Below, in pieces: positions 56,656-64,000 of a DNA stretch of 64,000 nucleotides. The position numbers were made by a program, and so were the translations under genes. Origin of the DNA: Spirochaetaceae bacterium (GTDB lineage Bacteria; Spirochaetota; Spirochaetia; DSM-27196; SKKC01); assembly GCA_046542845.1 (NCBI GenBank), contig JBKHAN010000002.1, positions 15,396-79,395 on the forward strand, written 5' to 3'. Each line of letters opens with the position of its first letter. Positions within the stretch are counted from its first letter, which is position 1. The notes under the pieces were generated by a model. That model searched no databases and had not been told where the DNA came from. It worked only from the letters and a program-made list of their open reading frames with translations.

Positions 56656-56685
56656 CGCGGCTTTGAACTGCCGCGGCTTTTTTTT
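56656..56685 (+). terminator. Rho-independent terminator after mdh
   Basis: CGCGGC-tttgaact-GCCGCG stem-loop, extendable by G-C and G-U pairs, followed by an 8-T run (56678-56685). Confidence 0.7.
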
Positions 56686-56700
56686 GCAGGAGAGCCCTGA

Positions 56701-58794
56701 ATGAACGAACACAGCGCGTTTTTTAACCCGTACACGCACGGATTCGCACGGGTGGCCGCAGGAATACCGCGGCAGCACCTGTGCCAGCCCCATCGAAACG
56801 CAGAGGACACGATCGCGCTCGCTCGCCTTGCGGCGGACCGGGGAGCGCTGTGCGTTGTTTTTCCCGAGCTCGGTCTGACCGGATACTCCGCTGACGACCT
56901 GTTCCATCAGACCACGCTCCTGCGGGAGGCGGAGCGGGCGCTCGAGACGGTGCTCAGAGCCTCCCTGACCATCGACACGATAATTGCGGTCGGATTACCG
57001 CTGCGGCGTGAAGGCGCCATCTGGAATTGTGCGGCGCTATGCCGGCACGGAGAGGTGCTATGCATCGTGCCGAAAACCTTCCTTCCCACCTACCGGGAGT
57101 TTTACGAGAAGCGATACTTCGCGTCGGCCACGCAGGCAACCTTTTCGAGCGTCTCTGTCGCGGGCGCGACCGTCCCGTTCGGCACCGATATTATCGTGGA
57201 CGTCCCGGCGGCAGGTGATTTCCGACTGCACGCAGAAATCTGTGAGGACCTCTGGGCACCGGTGCCACCAAGTACCCGCGCAGCGCTGGCGGGCGCTACG
57301 GTCCTTCTGAATCTCAGCGCGAGTAATATAACGGTTGCCAAGGCAGACTACCGGCGTCTGCTCGGGGCCGGCCACTCCAGCCGCTGTCTCGCTGCCTACG
57401 TGTATGCCGGTGCGGGTGAGGGCGAAAGCACGACCGATATGGCGTGGGATGGACACGCGATGATCTGGGAGAACGGTGTCATGCATGCCGAAAGCAGGCG
57501 GTTCGCGCGGGATGAACAGCTGATCTGCGCCGATATCGACCTCGAAATGCTGGTGAACGAACGTATTCGCATGAGCAGCTTCACCGACGCCGCGGCGGCC
57601 TCCGCAGCGCCCATGCGCACCGTGCAGGTTCCCGCTATGCAGCGTCCGCGGCTTTCCTCACTCCCCCTTCGGACGGTCGCGCGCTTTCCCTACGTCCCTG
57701 CCGACTCGGACAGTCTCGACGAACGGTGTTTCGAGGCGTATAACATACAGGTTCAGGCGCTGGCCACGCGCCTTGAAACAAGCGGGGTACAGCGCATAAT
57801 TATCGGCGTTTCCGGCGGACTCGATTCCACACACGCACTGCTTGTAGCCATACGCGCGATGGAGCGGATAGGCCTGCCCGCTACAAACGTACACGCGTAC
57901 ACCATGCCTGGTTTTGCGACGTCGGAACGAACCCGGAAAAACGCCCACGCGCTCATGGCAAGTCTCGGCGTTACCGCGGGCGAAATAGATATTCGCGATG
58001 CCTGTCAGGCTGTGCTGAAAGATCTCGGGCATCCCGCCCACGACGGGAGCCCCGTATACGATGTGACCTACGAAAATGTGCAGGCCGGAGAGCGCACCAG
58101 CCGTCTGTTTCGTCTCGCGAATCACCTGGGAGGACTTGTGCTCGGTACCGGAGATCTCAGCGAACTCGCGCTGGGGTGGACAACCTACGGGGTAGGTGAT
58201 CACATGAGCCATTACGCGGTGAATGCATCGGTTCCCAAGACCCTTATCCGGCGCCTCATTCGATGGGTGGCCGATACCGGGGAGGTGTCCACGGAATCGG
58301 CAGACGTACTTCGTCAGATTCTCGCGACTGAAATATCGCCGGAACTTGTACCCGCGAGCGGAGGACGTGGGGGCGAAGAACCGTCGCAGCGGACCGAGCA
58401 GTTCGTCGGCCCCTACGAACTGCAGGACTTCAATCTGTACTACACGAGTCGGTACGGCTTCGCTCCGGCGAAAACGGCCTATCTGTCCTACGCTGCCTGG
58501 CACGACCGGAACCACGGTGTCTGGCCGTCGGATCTATCCGACGACGAACGACACCAGTACTCACTCGGCGAGATCAAGCACTGGCTCTCGGTATTTTTAA
58601 AGCGTTTCTTCGGTATGAGCCAGTTCAAGCGCAGTTGTATTCCCAATGGACCCAAAGTCGGCTCTGGTGGTTCGCTGTCGCCTCGAAGTGACTGGCGCGC
58701 CCCGAGCGACGTCAGCGCCACACTCTGGCTCGAAGAACTCGAACGAAGCATACCGGATGAAACGCCAATGGAGCTCCCGAAAGCCGATACATAA
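56701..58794 (+). CDS. nadE: Glutamine-dependent NAD+ synthetase (long form: CN-hydrolase domain plus NAD synthase domain)
   Basis: N-terminal nitrilase-like domain with EICEDLW (catalytic Cys context) and C-terminal ATP-PPase motif GVSGGLDST; 697 aa. Confidence 0.94.
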   Translation: MNEHSAFFNPYTHGFARVAAGIPRQHLCQPHRNAEDTIALARLAADRGALCVVFPELGLTGYSADDLFHQTTLLREAERALETVLRASLTIDTIIAVGLPLRREGAIWNCAALCRHGEVLCIVPKTFLPTYREFYEKRYFASATQATFSSVSVAGATVPFGTDIIVDVPAAGDFRLHAEICEDLWAPVPPSTRAALAGATVLLNLSASNITVAKADYRRLLGAGHSSRCLAAYVYAGAGEGESTTDMAWDGHAMIWENGVMHAESRRFARDEQLICADIDLEMLVNERIRMSSFTDAAAASAAPMRTVQVPAMQRPRLSSLPLRTVARFPYVPADSDSLDERCFEAYNIQVQALATRLETSGVQRIIIGVSGGLDSTHALLVAIRAMERIGLPATNVHAYTMPGFATSERTRKNAHALMASLGVTAGEIDIRDACQAVLKDLGHPAHDGSPVYDVTYENVQAGERTSRLFRLANHLGGLVLGTGDLSELALGWTTYGVGDHMSHYAVNASVPKTLIRRLIRWVADTGEVSTESADVLRQILATEISPELVPASGGRGGEEPSQRTEQFVGPYELQDFNLYYTSRYGFAPAKTAYLSYAAWHDRNHGVWPSDLSDDERHQYSLGEIKHWLSVFLKRFFGMSQFKRSCIPNGPKVGSGGSLSPRSDWRAPSDVSATLWLEELERSIPDETPMELPKADT

Positions 58795-58799
58795 AAAAA

Positions 58800-58829
58800 G
58801 GCAGTCTGAATACGGTGATTCAGACTGCC
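58800..58829 (-). terminator. Perfect 12-bp stem-loop between convergent nadE and gltA; the T-tract is on the minus strand
   Basis: GGCAGTCTGAAT-acggtg-ATTCAGACTGCC. The plus-strand A-run at 58793-58799 gives a U-tract for minus-strand (gltA) transcripts. The hairpin alone could also stall nadE transcription. Confidence 0.6.
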
Positions 58830-58902
58830 GTCTCACGCACTGCCGCGTCGCCACAGTGTTCGGATCGTTTCTGTAACCCGCCGCGCTGTGTTCCGTTCGG
58901 TC

Positions 58903-60054
58903 CTACTTCCGCTCGGACATTGGAATAAACGGTCTGTCGATCTCGCCGGTATATATGGACGACGGGCGGTAGATGCGATTGTCGTGCCGTTGTTCAATAA
59001 TGTGGCTCAACCACCCGCTTGCTCGCGACATCGCGAAAATGGGCGTAAAGAGCACGGTCGGAATACCGAGCATGCGGTAGACCGCTCCCGAGAAGAAGTC
59101 AACGTTCGGGTAAATGGGCTTACCCTTCTCTTCCATTCTCTCACGGAAGACCCGCTCGACATCCTTGAGCATTTCAAAATAGGTGTTGTCACCGCTCTGC
59201 GTTCCCAGTTCTTCGAGATAGCCTTCGATGATAATCGCACGCGGGTCCTTGGCTCGGTATACGCGGTGCCCCATACCCATGACCTTGCGCTTCTCGTCGA
59301 GTGCTTTGTTGACCCAGTCGACAGCCGAACTCGAGGGGTCAGATTCGATTTCGTTGACCATATCCATGACCTTCTCGTTCGCTCCACCGTGGAGTGGTCC
59401 GTACAAAGCCCCGATGGCAGCGGCGATCGCGCTGTAACAGGTGCTCAAGGTCGAGGCCACGACACGCGCGGTAAAGGTCGATGCATTCAGGCCGTGTTCG
59501 GCGTGGAGAATGAGACATCCGTCCATGATCCTGCCGGCGACTTCCGATGGCTTGTCTCCGGTGAGCATGTACAGGAAGTTGGCACCATGACTGAGGCTGT
59601 TGTCCGGATCGACGATGGGCAGGCCCTGCTGCACGCGCTGCCACGCGGCTACCGCACTTGCGAGCTGCGGGATCAGATGTTCGGCGTACAGGCAGTCAAA
59701 TTCCGTATCCCGGCACCCCTCGGGCCCCGAATATGCCGCAAGGTACGGCACAACCGTCTGGAGCATCTCCATAGGGTGGCTGTCCCGGGGAAAGTCGGTG
59801 ATCATGTTCTTGACGGGGTCCTCGAGTTTCCGTTTGGAGCGCATGGCAGACGAGAAATCCTCGAGCTGCTCTTCATTCGGAAGCTCTCCGTACAGCAGCA
59901 GAAACGTGACTTCTTCAAACGTACAGTTCTGGACAAGGTCCTGAATCGAATAACCGAGATAATAGAGGCGCCCGTTTTCGCCATCTACTTTGCAGATTCT
60001 ACTCTCGGCGGCAACAACGCCTTCAAGGCCCTTGGAAAACCCAGGATTCGACAT
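58903..60054 (-). CDS. gltA: Citrate synthase (short, type I-like form, 383 aa)
   Basis: GHRVYRAKDPRA, HAEHGLNASTF, LYGPLHGGANE. GAGGAGA SD upstream. Confidence 0.95.
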   Translation of the reverse strand: MSNPGFSKGLEGVVAAESRICKVDGENGRLYYLGYSIQDLVQNCTFEEVTFLLLYGELPNEEQLEDFSSAMRSKRKLEDPVKNMITDFPRDSHPMEMLQTVVPYLAAYSGPEGCRDTEFDCLYAEHLIPQLASAVAAWQRVQQGLPIVDPDNSLSHGANFLYMLTGDKPSEVAGRIMDGCLILHAEHGLNASTFTARVVASTLSTCYSAIAAAIGALYGPLHGGANEKVMDMVNEIESDPSSSAVDWVNKALDEKRKVMGMGHRVYRAKDPRAIIIEGYLEELGTQSGDNTYFEMLKDVERVFRERMEEKGKPIYPNVDFFSGAVYRMLGIPTVLFTPIFAMSRASGWLSHIIEQRHDNRIYRPSSIYTGEIDRPFIPMSERK

Positions 60055-60125
60055 ATTCTCTCCTCGTTGAAATAAATATTTACGCCGCAGTATATAATAC
60101 TTTTGCCGTGCAGGGTATCAGGATT

Positions 60126-61547
60126 CTACACGCTGTTCAGCGGCATCCCCGCCGCGGACAGAGCCGCTTCGCGAACGGCCTCCGGCAAAGTCGGGTGCGC
60201 ATGAACAATTCGTGCCAGATCCTCCGCAGATCCACAAAACTCCATGGTGACGACTGCCTCAGAAATCAGATCTCCGGCCGAAGGACCGACTATATGACAC
60301 GCAAGCAGGCGATCGTTCTCCTGGTGTGCCAGTACTTTCACGAAACCTGCGGTGTCCCCGGTCGCGAGCGCACGTCCATTCGCGGCGAAACTGAACTGAC
60401 CTTTCGTATACGGTATTCCCTGCTCTTTCAGCTGCGCCTCGGTTGGTCCAACAGATGCGACTTCGGGAGAGGTGTATACGACGTTTGGTATAACCGCATA
60501 ATTCACGTGCCCTGCTTTTCCGGCGATTATCTCGGCAACCGCGACCCCCTCGTCTTCTGCTTTATGCGCAAGCATGGGTCCTTCAATGATGTCTCCGATC
60601 GCGTAGATGCCGTCCACGGAGCTTCGAAAATGCCGGTCCACGGTGACTTTTCCCTTGTCCAGCGATACTCCGACCGCGTCAAGTCCCGCGCCTTCGGTAA
60701 ACGGCCTGCGCCCTACCGAGACAAGAAGCTTTTCGCCTTCGAATGACACGGTCGAACCGTCGGAGCTCTCCGTGTGCAGGGTTACGGTCTTCTTACCGCT
60801 TTTGGCACCGGTCACTTTTGTGTTTACGAGAATTTTTACACCGATCTTCTCGAGTTCTTTGTGCAGCGCTTTGGCAAGCGCGGCATCCCAACCCGGAAGT
60901 ATCTGAGACTGAAGCTCCACGACGGTGACCTCGCTCCCCAATCGCGCCCACACGCTCGCCATCTCAAGACCTATAGCCCCTCCACCAACGACGAGCAGGC
61001 GCCGGGGTACTTCGTCGAACTCAAGCGCTTCGGTTGAGCTCACGATCATGCGCCCGTCGAACTTGAGGAATGGAAGCTCCACGGGTTCGCTGCCCGTTGC
61101 AAGAATCACGTTTCGGGCGCGTATGCGTTCGTCGGTTTCTCCCTGTACGCGAACGGTGTGAACACCGTCCTCCCCGGACGGCGCTTCCAGGCTCCCGATG
61201 CCGTTGTACACGGTGACGCTGTTCTTCTTCATGAGCATGGCGACACCGCCGGTGAGCTTTTTGACCACGCCATCTTTCCGCTTCATCATTCTGGAAAGAT
61301 CGAGCTCCACCTCGCCGGTCGTAATTCCGTGTTCCTCAAGATCGTGACTGACCTGGTGGAACCGTTCGCTTGAGTCCAGGAGTGCTTTCGACGGGATGCA
61401 CCCGATGTTCAGACAGGTTCCACCGAGAGCGGAGCGCTTCTCTACAATTGCGGTAGATAATCCGAGTTGCGCGGAGCGAATTGCTGCTACATAACCGCCA
61501 GGGCCGCTGCCGACAACCACAACATCAAACACCGTTTCTTCGGCCAC
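60126..61547 (-). CDS. lpdA: Dihydrolipoyl dehydrogenase (E3)
   Basis: VVVVGSGPGGYVAA, redox-active disulfide GGTCLNIGCIPSK, C-terminal HAHPTLPEAVREA. Confidence 0.96.
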   Translation of the reverse strand: MAEETVFDVVVVGSGPGGYVAAIRSAQLGLSTAIVEKRSALGGTCLNIGCIPSKALLDSSERFHQVSHDLEEHGITTGEVELDLSRMMKRKDGVVKKLTGGVAMLMKKNSVTVYNGIGSLEAPSGEDGVHTVRVQGETDERIRARNVILATGSEPVELPFLKFDGRMIVSSTEALEFDEVPRRLLVVGGGAIGLEMASVWARLGSEVTVVELQSQILPGWDAALAKALHKELEKIGVKILVNTKVTGAKSGKKTVTLHTESSDGSTVSFEGEKLLVSVGRRPFTEGAGLDAVGVSLDKGKVTVDRHFRSSVDGIYAIGDIIEGPMLAHKAEDEGVAVAEIIAGKAGHVNYAVIPNVVYTSPEVASVGPTEAQLKEQGIPYTKGQFSFAANGRALATGDTAGFVKVLAHQENDRLLACHIVGPSAGDLISEAVVTMEFCGSAEDLARIVHAHPTLPEAVREAALSAAGMPLNSV

Positions 61548-61572
61548 AATATTCTCCTGTTCCTACAGTTTC

Positions 61573-62811
61573 CTACAGTCCAATGAGAATCTGTGTGGGA
61601 TCCTCAACGTATTCCTTGATTTTTTTGAGAAAACCTATCGCTTCCTTTCCGTCTATCATGCGGTGGTCGTAGGTGAGCGCAAGATACATCATTGGTCGAA
61701 CGACAATCTCGTCGTTTATAACGACCGGTCGCTTCTGTATCGTATGCATACCAAGTACGGCGGTCTGCGGAGGATTCGGTATCGGCGTTGACAACATGGA
61801 ACCAAAGACGCCGCCGTTGGATATCGTGAAAGTCCCGCCGGTAAGCTCGTCCGGCATAAGCTTTTTCTCGCCGGCTCGCTGTATAAAACCCATGATGTTG
61901 CGCTCGATGTCGGCGAAGCTCATAGACTCGACATGTTTCAACACCGGAGTCATGAGGCCACGCTCGGTCGACAGCGCAACCCCTATGTTGTAGTAGTGAT
62001 TGTACACGATCTCGTCTTCTTCAAGATACGCGTTCACCTCCGGGTAGGACTCCAGCGCATGAGCTGCTGCTTTCACGAAGAAGCTCATAAACCCCAGCTT
62101 GATATCGTGCTGCTTTTCAAACTGCTCCTTGTACAAAGACCGAATCTCCATAATGCGACTCATATCGACTTCGTTAAAGGTCGTCAGATGAGCCGCGCTC
62201 TGTTTGGAGGCAACCAGATTCGCGGCAATCTTCTTACGCAGATTGCTGAGCTTTTTTCGTGTCTGGTCGCCGTGCGGTCCGGAAGCCGCAGGGCCTTTCG
62301 GTGCGGGTGCCGGCGTGCTGCTCGCCTGCGGCGGGGCATCGGTTTTCGCACTCGAGCTCGAAGCCTTGTCCACGGCCTTGAGTACATCTTCCTTGGTCAC
62401 GCGACCGTCCTTGCCGGTACCCGTGAGCGTCGCCGGGTCTATCCCGTGTTCTGCCGCCACACGCCGTGCGGCAGGCGGCAGTTCGTCGAGCCCCGGGGCA
62501 GGTTCCTCGGGCGCGGGCGCTGAGGAGTCCGATTCGGAGTCAGTTTCGTCGGTCGGGGCCGGCTCTTGTCCAGCAGCCTCGGTATCGATCTGCCCGACCA
62601 CCTGACCGACTTCAACTTCGGTGTCGGCTTCAACCGAGGGCATCAACACCCCGCTGGCAGGCGCCGGCACACTCAAAGTTGCCTTGTCCGTCTCAAGCTC
62701 GAAAATATCTTCGCCTTCCTGAACTACCTCACCTGCATTCTTTAACCACGCCGCGAGCACGCCTTCCTGTACGCTTTCCCCGACTTCGGGGACCAATATA
62801 TCCTGTTTCAT
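61573..62811 (-). CDS. sucB: Dihydrolipoyllysine-residue succinyltransferase (E2 of 2-oxoglutarate dehydrogenase)
   Basis: Lipoyl domain ELETDKATLSVPAPASG, E3-binding PAARRVAAEHGIDP, catalytic LALTYDHRMIDG. Confidence 0.93.
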   Translation of the reverse strand: MKQDILVPEVGESVQEGVLAAWLKNAGEVVQEGEDIFELETDKATLSVPAPASGVLMPSVEADTEVEVGQVVGQIDTEAAGQEPAPTDETDSESDSSAPAPEEPAPGLDELPPAARRVAAEHGIDPATLTGTGKDGRVTKEDVLKAVDKASSSSAKTDAPPQASSTPAPAPKGPAASGPHGDQTRKKLSNLRKKIAANLVASKQSAAHLTTFNEVDMSRIMEIRSLYKEQFEKQHDIKLGFMSFFVKAAAHALESYPEVNAYLEEDEIVYNHYYNIGVALSTERGLMTPVLKHVESMSFADIERNIMGFIQRAGEKKLMPDELTGGTFTISNGGVFGSMLSTPIPNPPQTAVLGMHTIQKRPVVINDEIVVRPMMYLALTYDHRMIDGKEAIGFLKKIKEYVEDPTQILIGL

Positions 62812-62814
62812 GTT

Positions 62815-64000
62815 TTATCCTCGGGTGAAGGCATTCGTCAGAATGTCCTGTAACTGCCGGGCGTGATCCTCGTGGCTGCCCGTTGCAGGACTCGCCGCTG
62901 CCGGTCTGCCTACGTATTCAATTCGTGCGCGTCCGATCATGTCTTCGATCCAGGTGTGAACGAAGCTCCAGCCGCCTCGATTCTGCGACTCCTCCTGCAC
63001 CCACGCAATGCGCTCGACTTTTCTGTATGCCTCAAGTATCCCTGCCATGTGCTCGTCGGGACGGGGGTAGAACTGCTCAAGGCGAATGATCGCCGTTTTT
63101 CCGTCGCCTCGCTTCTCACGCTCAGCCGCCAGATCGTAGTACACCTTGCCGCTGCACAGAAGCACATTGTCCACCTTTGCCGCGGGAACATCATCATCTA
63201 TAACCGTCTGAAACGAATGGTCGGTAAAGTCCGCCACACGCGACACACACTCTTTTCGTCGTAAGAGGCTCTTGGGCGTCATGAGCACCAGCGGCTTGCG
63301 GAAGGGTCGCTTCAGCTGCCGACGCAGTACATGAAAGTAATTGGCCGGCGTTGACGGATAACACACCTGCAGGTTGTCCTCGGCACAGAGTTGCAGGAAT
63401 CGCTCGAGATGGGCCGAGGAATGCTCCGGACCCTGCCCTTCGTAGCCGTGCGGAAGGAGCATCACAAGGCCGCTGGAACGAAACCACTTCGTTTCCGCGG
63501 CGGCAATGAACTGGTCAATAATAACCTGTGCACCGTTCACGAAATCACCGAACTGAGCTTCCCAGAGGGTCAGAAGATCGGGCTGCGCAATCGAGTATCC
63601 GTAATCGAAGCCGAGTACGCTGAACTCGCTCAACGGGCTGTCGTATACGCTGAATGCAGCCTGATCCGGCGAAAGATTTCGCAGCGGAGTATACGTGCGT
63701 GGAATGGGACTGCTTACGTCCCACCATACCGCGTGGCGCTGGCTGAAGGTACCTCTCGAGGAATCTTCCCCGCTGAGTCGTATCGGAAAACCATCAAGCA
63801 GCAGTGAACCGAATGCGAGGGATTCGGCAAAACTCCAGTCTATGTCTTCCCCACTCTCAAAAGCCTTTTTCCGGTCGGACACGAAACGCTTCAGTTTCGG
63901 ATGAAGAGAAAAGTCTTCGGGTACGGTTATCAGGCACTTCGCAATATGGCCCAACTGTTCAGGATCGACGGCGGTGTCTCCGGAATCGTGGGTATAGCCT
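62815..64000 (-). CDS. sucA: 2-oxoglutarate dehydrogenase E1 component, C-terminal part (the N-terminus lies beyond the window)
   Basis: LLPHGYEGQGPEHSSAHLERFLQL and the downstream transketolase-like region. The track ORF starts at internal Met 63954, but the frame continues to the window edge. The stop is 3 nt before the sucB start. Confidence 0.9.
   Translation of the reverse strand, partial: GYTHDSGDTAVDPEQLGHIAKCLITVPEDFSLHPKLKRFVSDRKKAFESGEDIDWSFAESLAFGSLLLDGFPIRLSGEDSSRGTFSQRHAVWWDVSSPIPRTYTPLRNLSPDQAAFSVYDSPLSEFSVLGFDYGYSIAQPDLLTLWEAQFGDFVNGAQVIIDQFIAAAETKWFRSSGLVMLLPHGYEGQGPEHSSAHLERFLQLCAEDNLQVCYPSTPANYFHVLRRQLKRPFRKPLVLMTPKSLLRRKECVSRVADFTDHSFQTVIDDDVPAAKVDNVLLCSGKVYYDLAAEREKRGDGKTAIIRLEQFYPRPDEHMAGILEAYRKVERIAWVQEESQNRGGWSFVHTWIEDMIGRARIEYVGRPAAASPATGSHEDHARQLQDILTNAFTRG

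Noticed and set aside
60067-60096. Near-consensus TTGAAA-N18-TATATA on the plus strand in the gltA/lpdA spacer
   Set aside because: In this orientation it would fire antisense into the 3' end of lpdA. The AT-rich patch is more simply the upstream/promoter region of minus-strand gltA (possible CTGATA-N16-TATTAT on the minus strand). An antisense transcript cannot be excluded without TSS data.
1-64000. Search for CRISPR arrays, tRNA/rRNA/tmRNA genes, IS elements, prophage genes and long DNA repeats
   Set aside because: No spaced direct repeats, cloverleaf-like segments, transposase or integrase motifs were seen. The largest non-coding gaps (about 90-265 bp) are accounted for by promoters and terminators. 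This visual inspection cannot exclude short ncRNAs.

Overview
This is a high-GC, gene-dense bacterial chromosomal window with no rRNA, tRNA, CRISPR array, transposase or integrase that I could find. The gene content suggests a free-living spirochaete-like organism (tandem cNMP-binding protein, MCP, OmpA proteins with FlgD-Ig repeats, PreP-like M16 peptidase). That taxonomic guess is inference only.

Layout:
- 1-6939 (-): one giant ORF, open for all 2,313 codons to the window edge. It is missing from the supplied ORF track because it has no stop inside the window.
- 7048-18162 (+): a six-gene, translationally coupled efflux-like operon, transcribed divergently from the giant ORF. Order: TolC-like protein, membrane-fusion adaptor, two Big_5/SbsA-Ig-like lipoproteins, an RND permease, and a degenerate second RND-like protein.
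- 18108-34170: housekeeping and sensory genes (cNMP-binding protein, glyA, MCP, cysS, murB, GH65 phosphorylase, MscS). This block also holds a four-gene ECF-sigma operon whose last gene encodes a TIG plus transglutaminase-like protein with a substituted catalytic triad.
- 34277-38660: a divergent pair of OmpA-domain envelope proteins, one carrying 7 FlgD-Ig-like modules.
- 38709-54699: radC and a carotenoid-oxygenase homolog, then a long minus-strand array. Its genes are Nudix, MarC, a membrane protein, ppc, a hydrolase, pncA, a remodelled CysRS paralog, MscS, an M16 peptidase, a TPR protein and fumC.
- 54788-64000: a central-metabolism cluster (two tandem mdh-family genes, nadE, gltA, lpdA, sucB, and sucA truncated by the edge).

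The best candidates for something undescribed are the giant ORF together with the atypical efflux-like operon, the CysRS paralog with a dismantled zinc/cysteine site, and a window-wide pattern in which extracytoplasmic proteins and domains are almost lysine-free while cytoplasmic ones are lysine-normal.

The track starts each ORF at the most upstream ATG/GTG/TTG, so I trimmed several starts by hand. All motif alignments and residue counts were done by eye and need computational confirmation.
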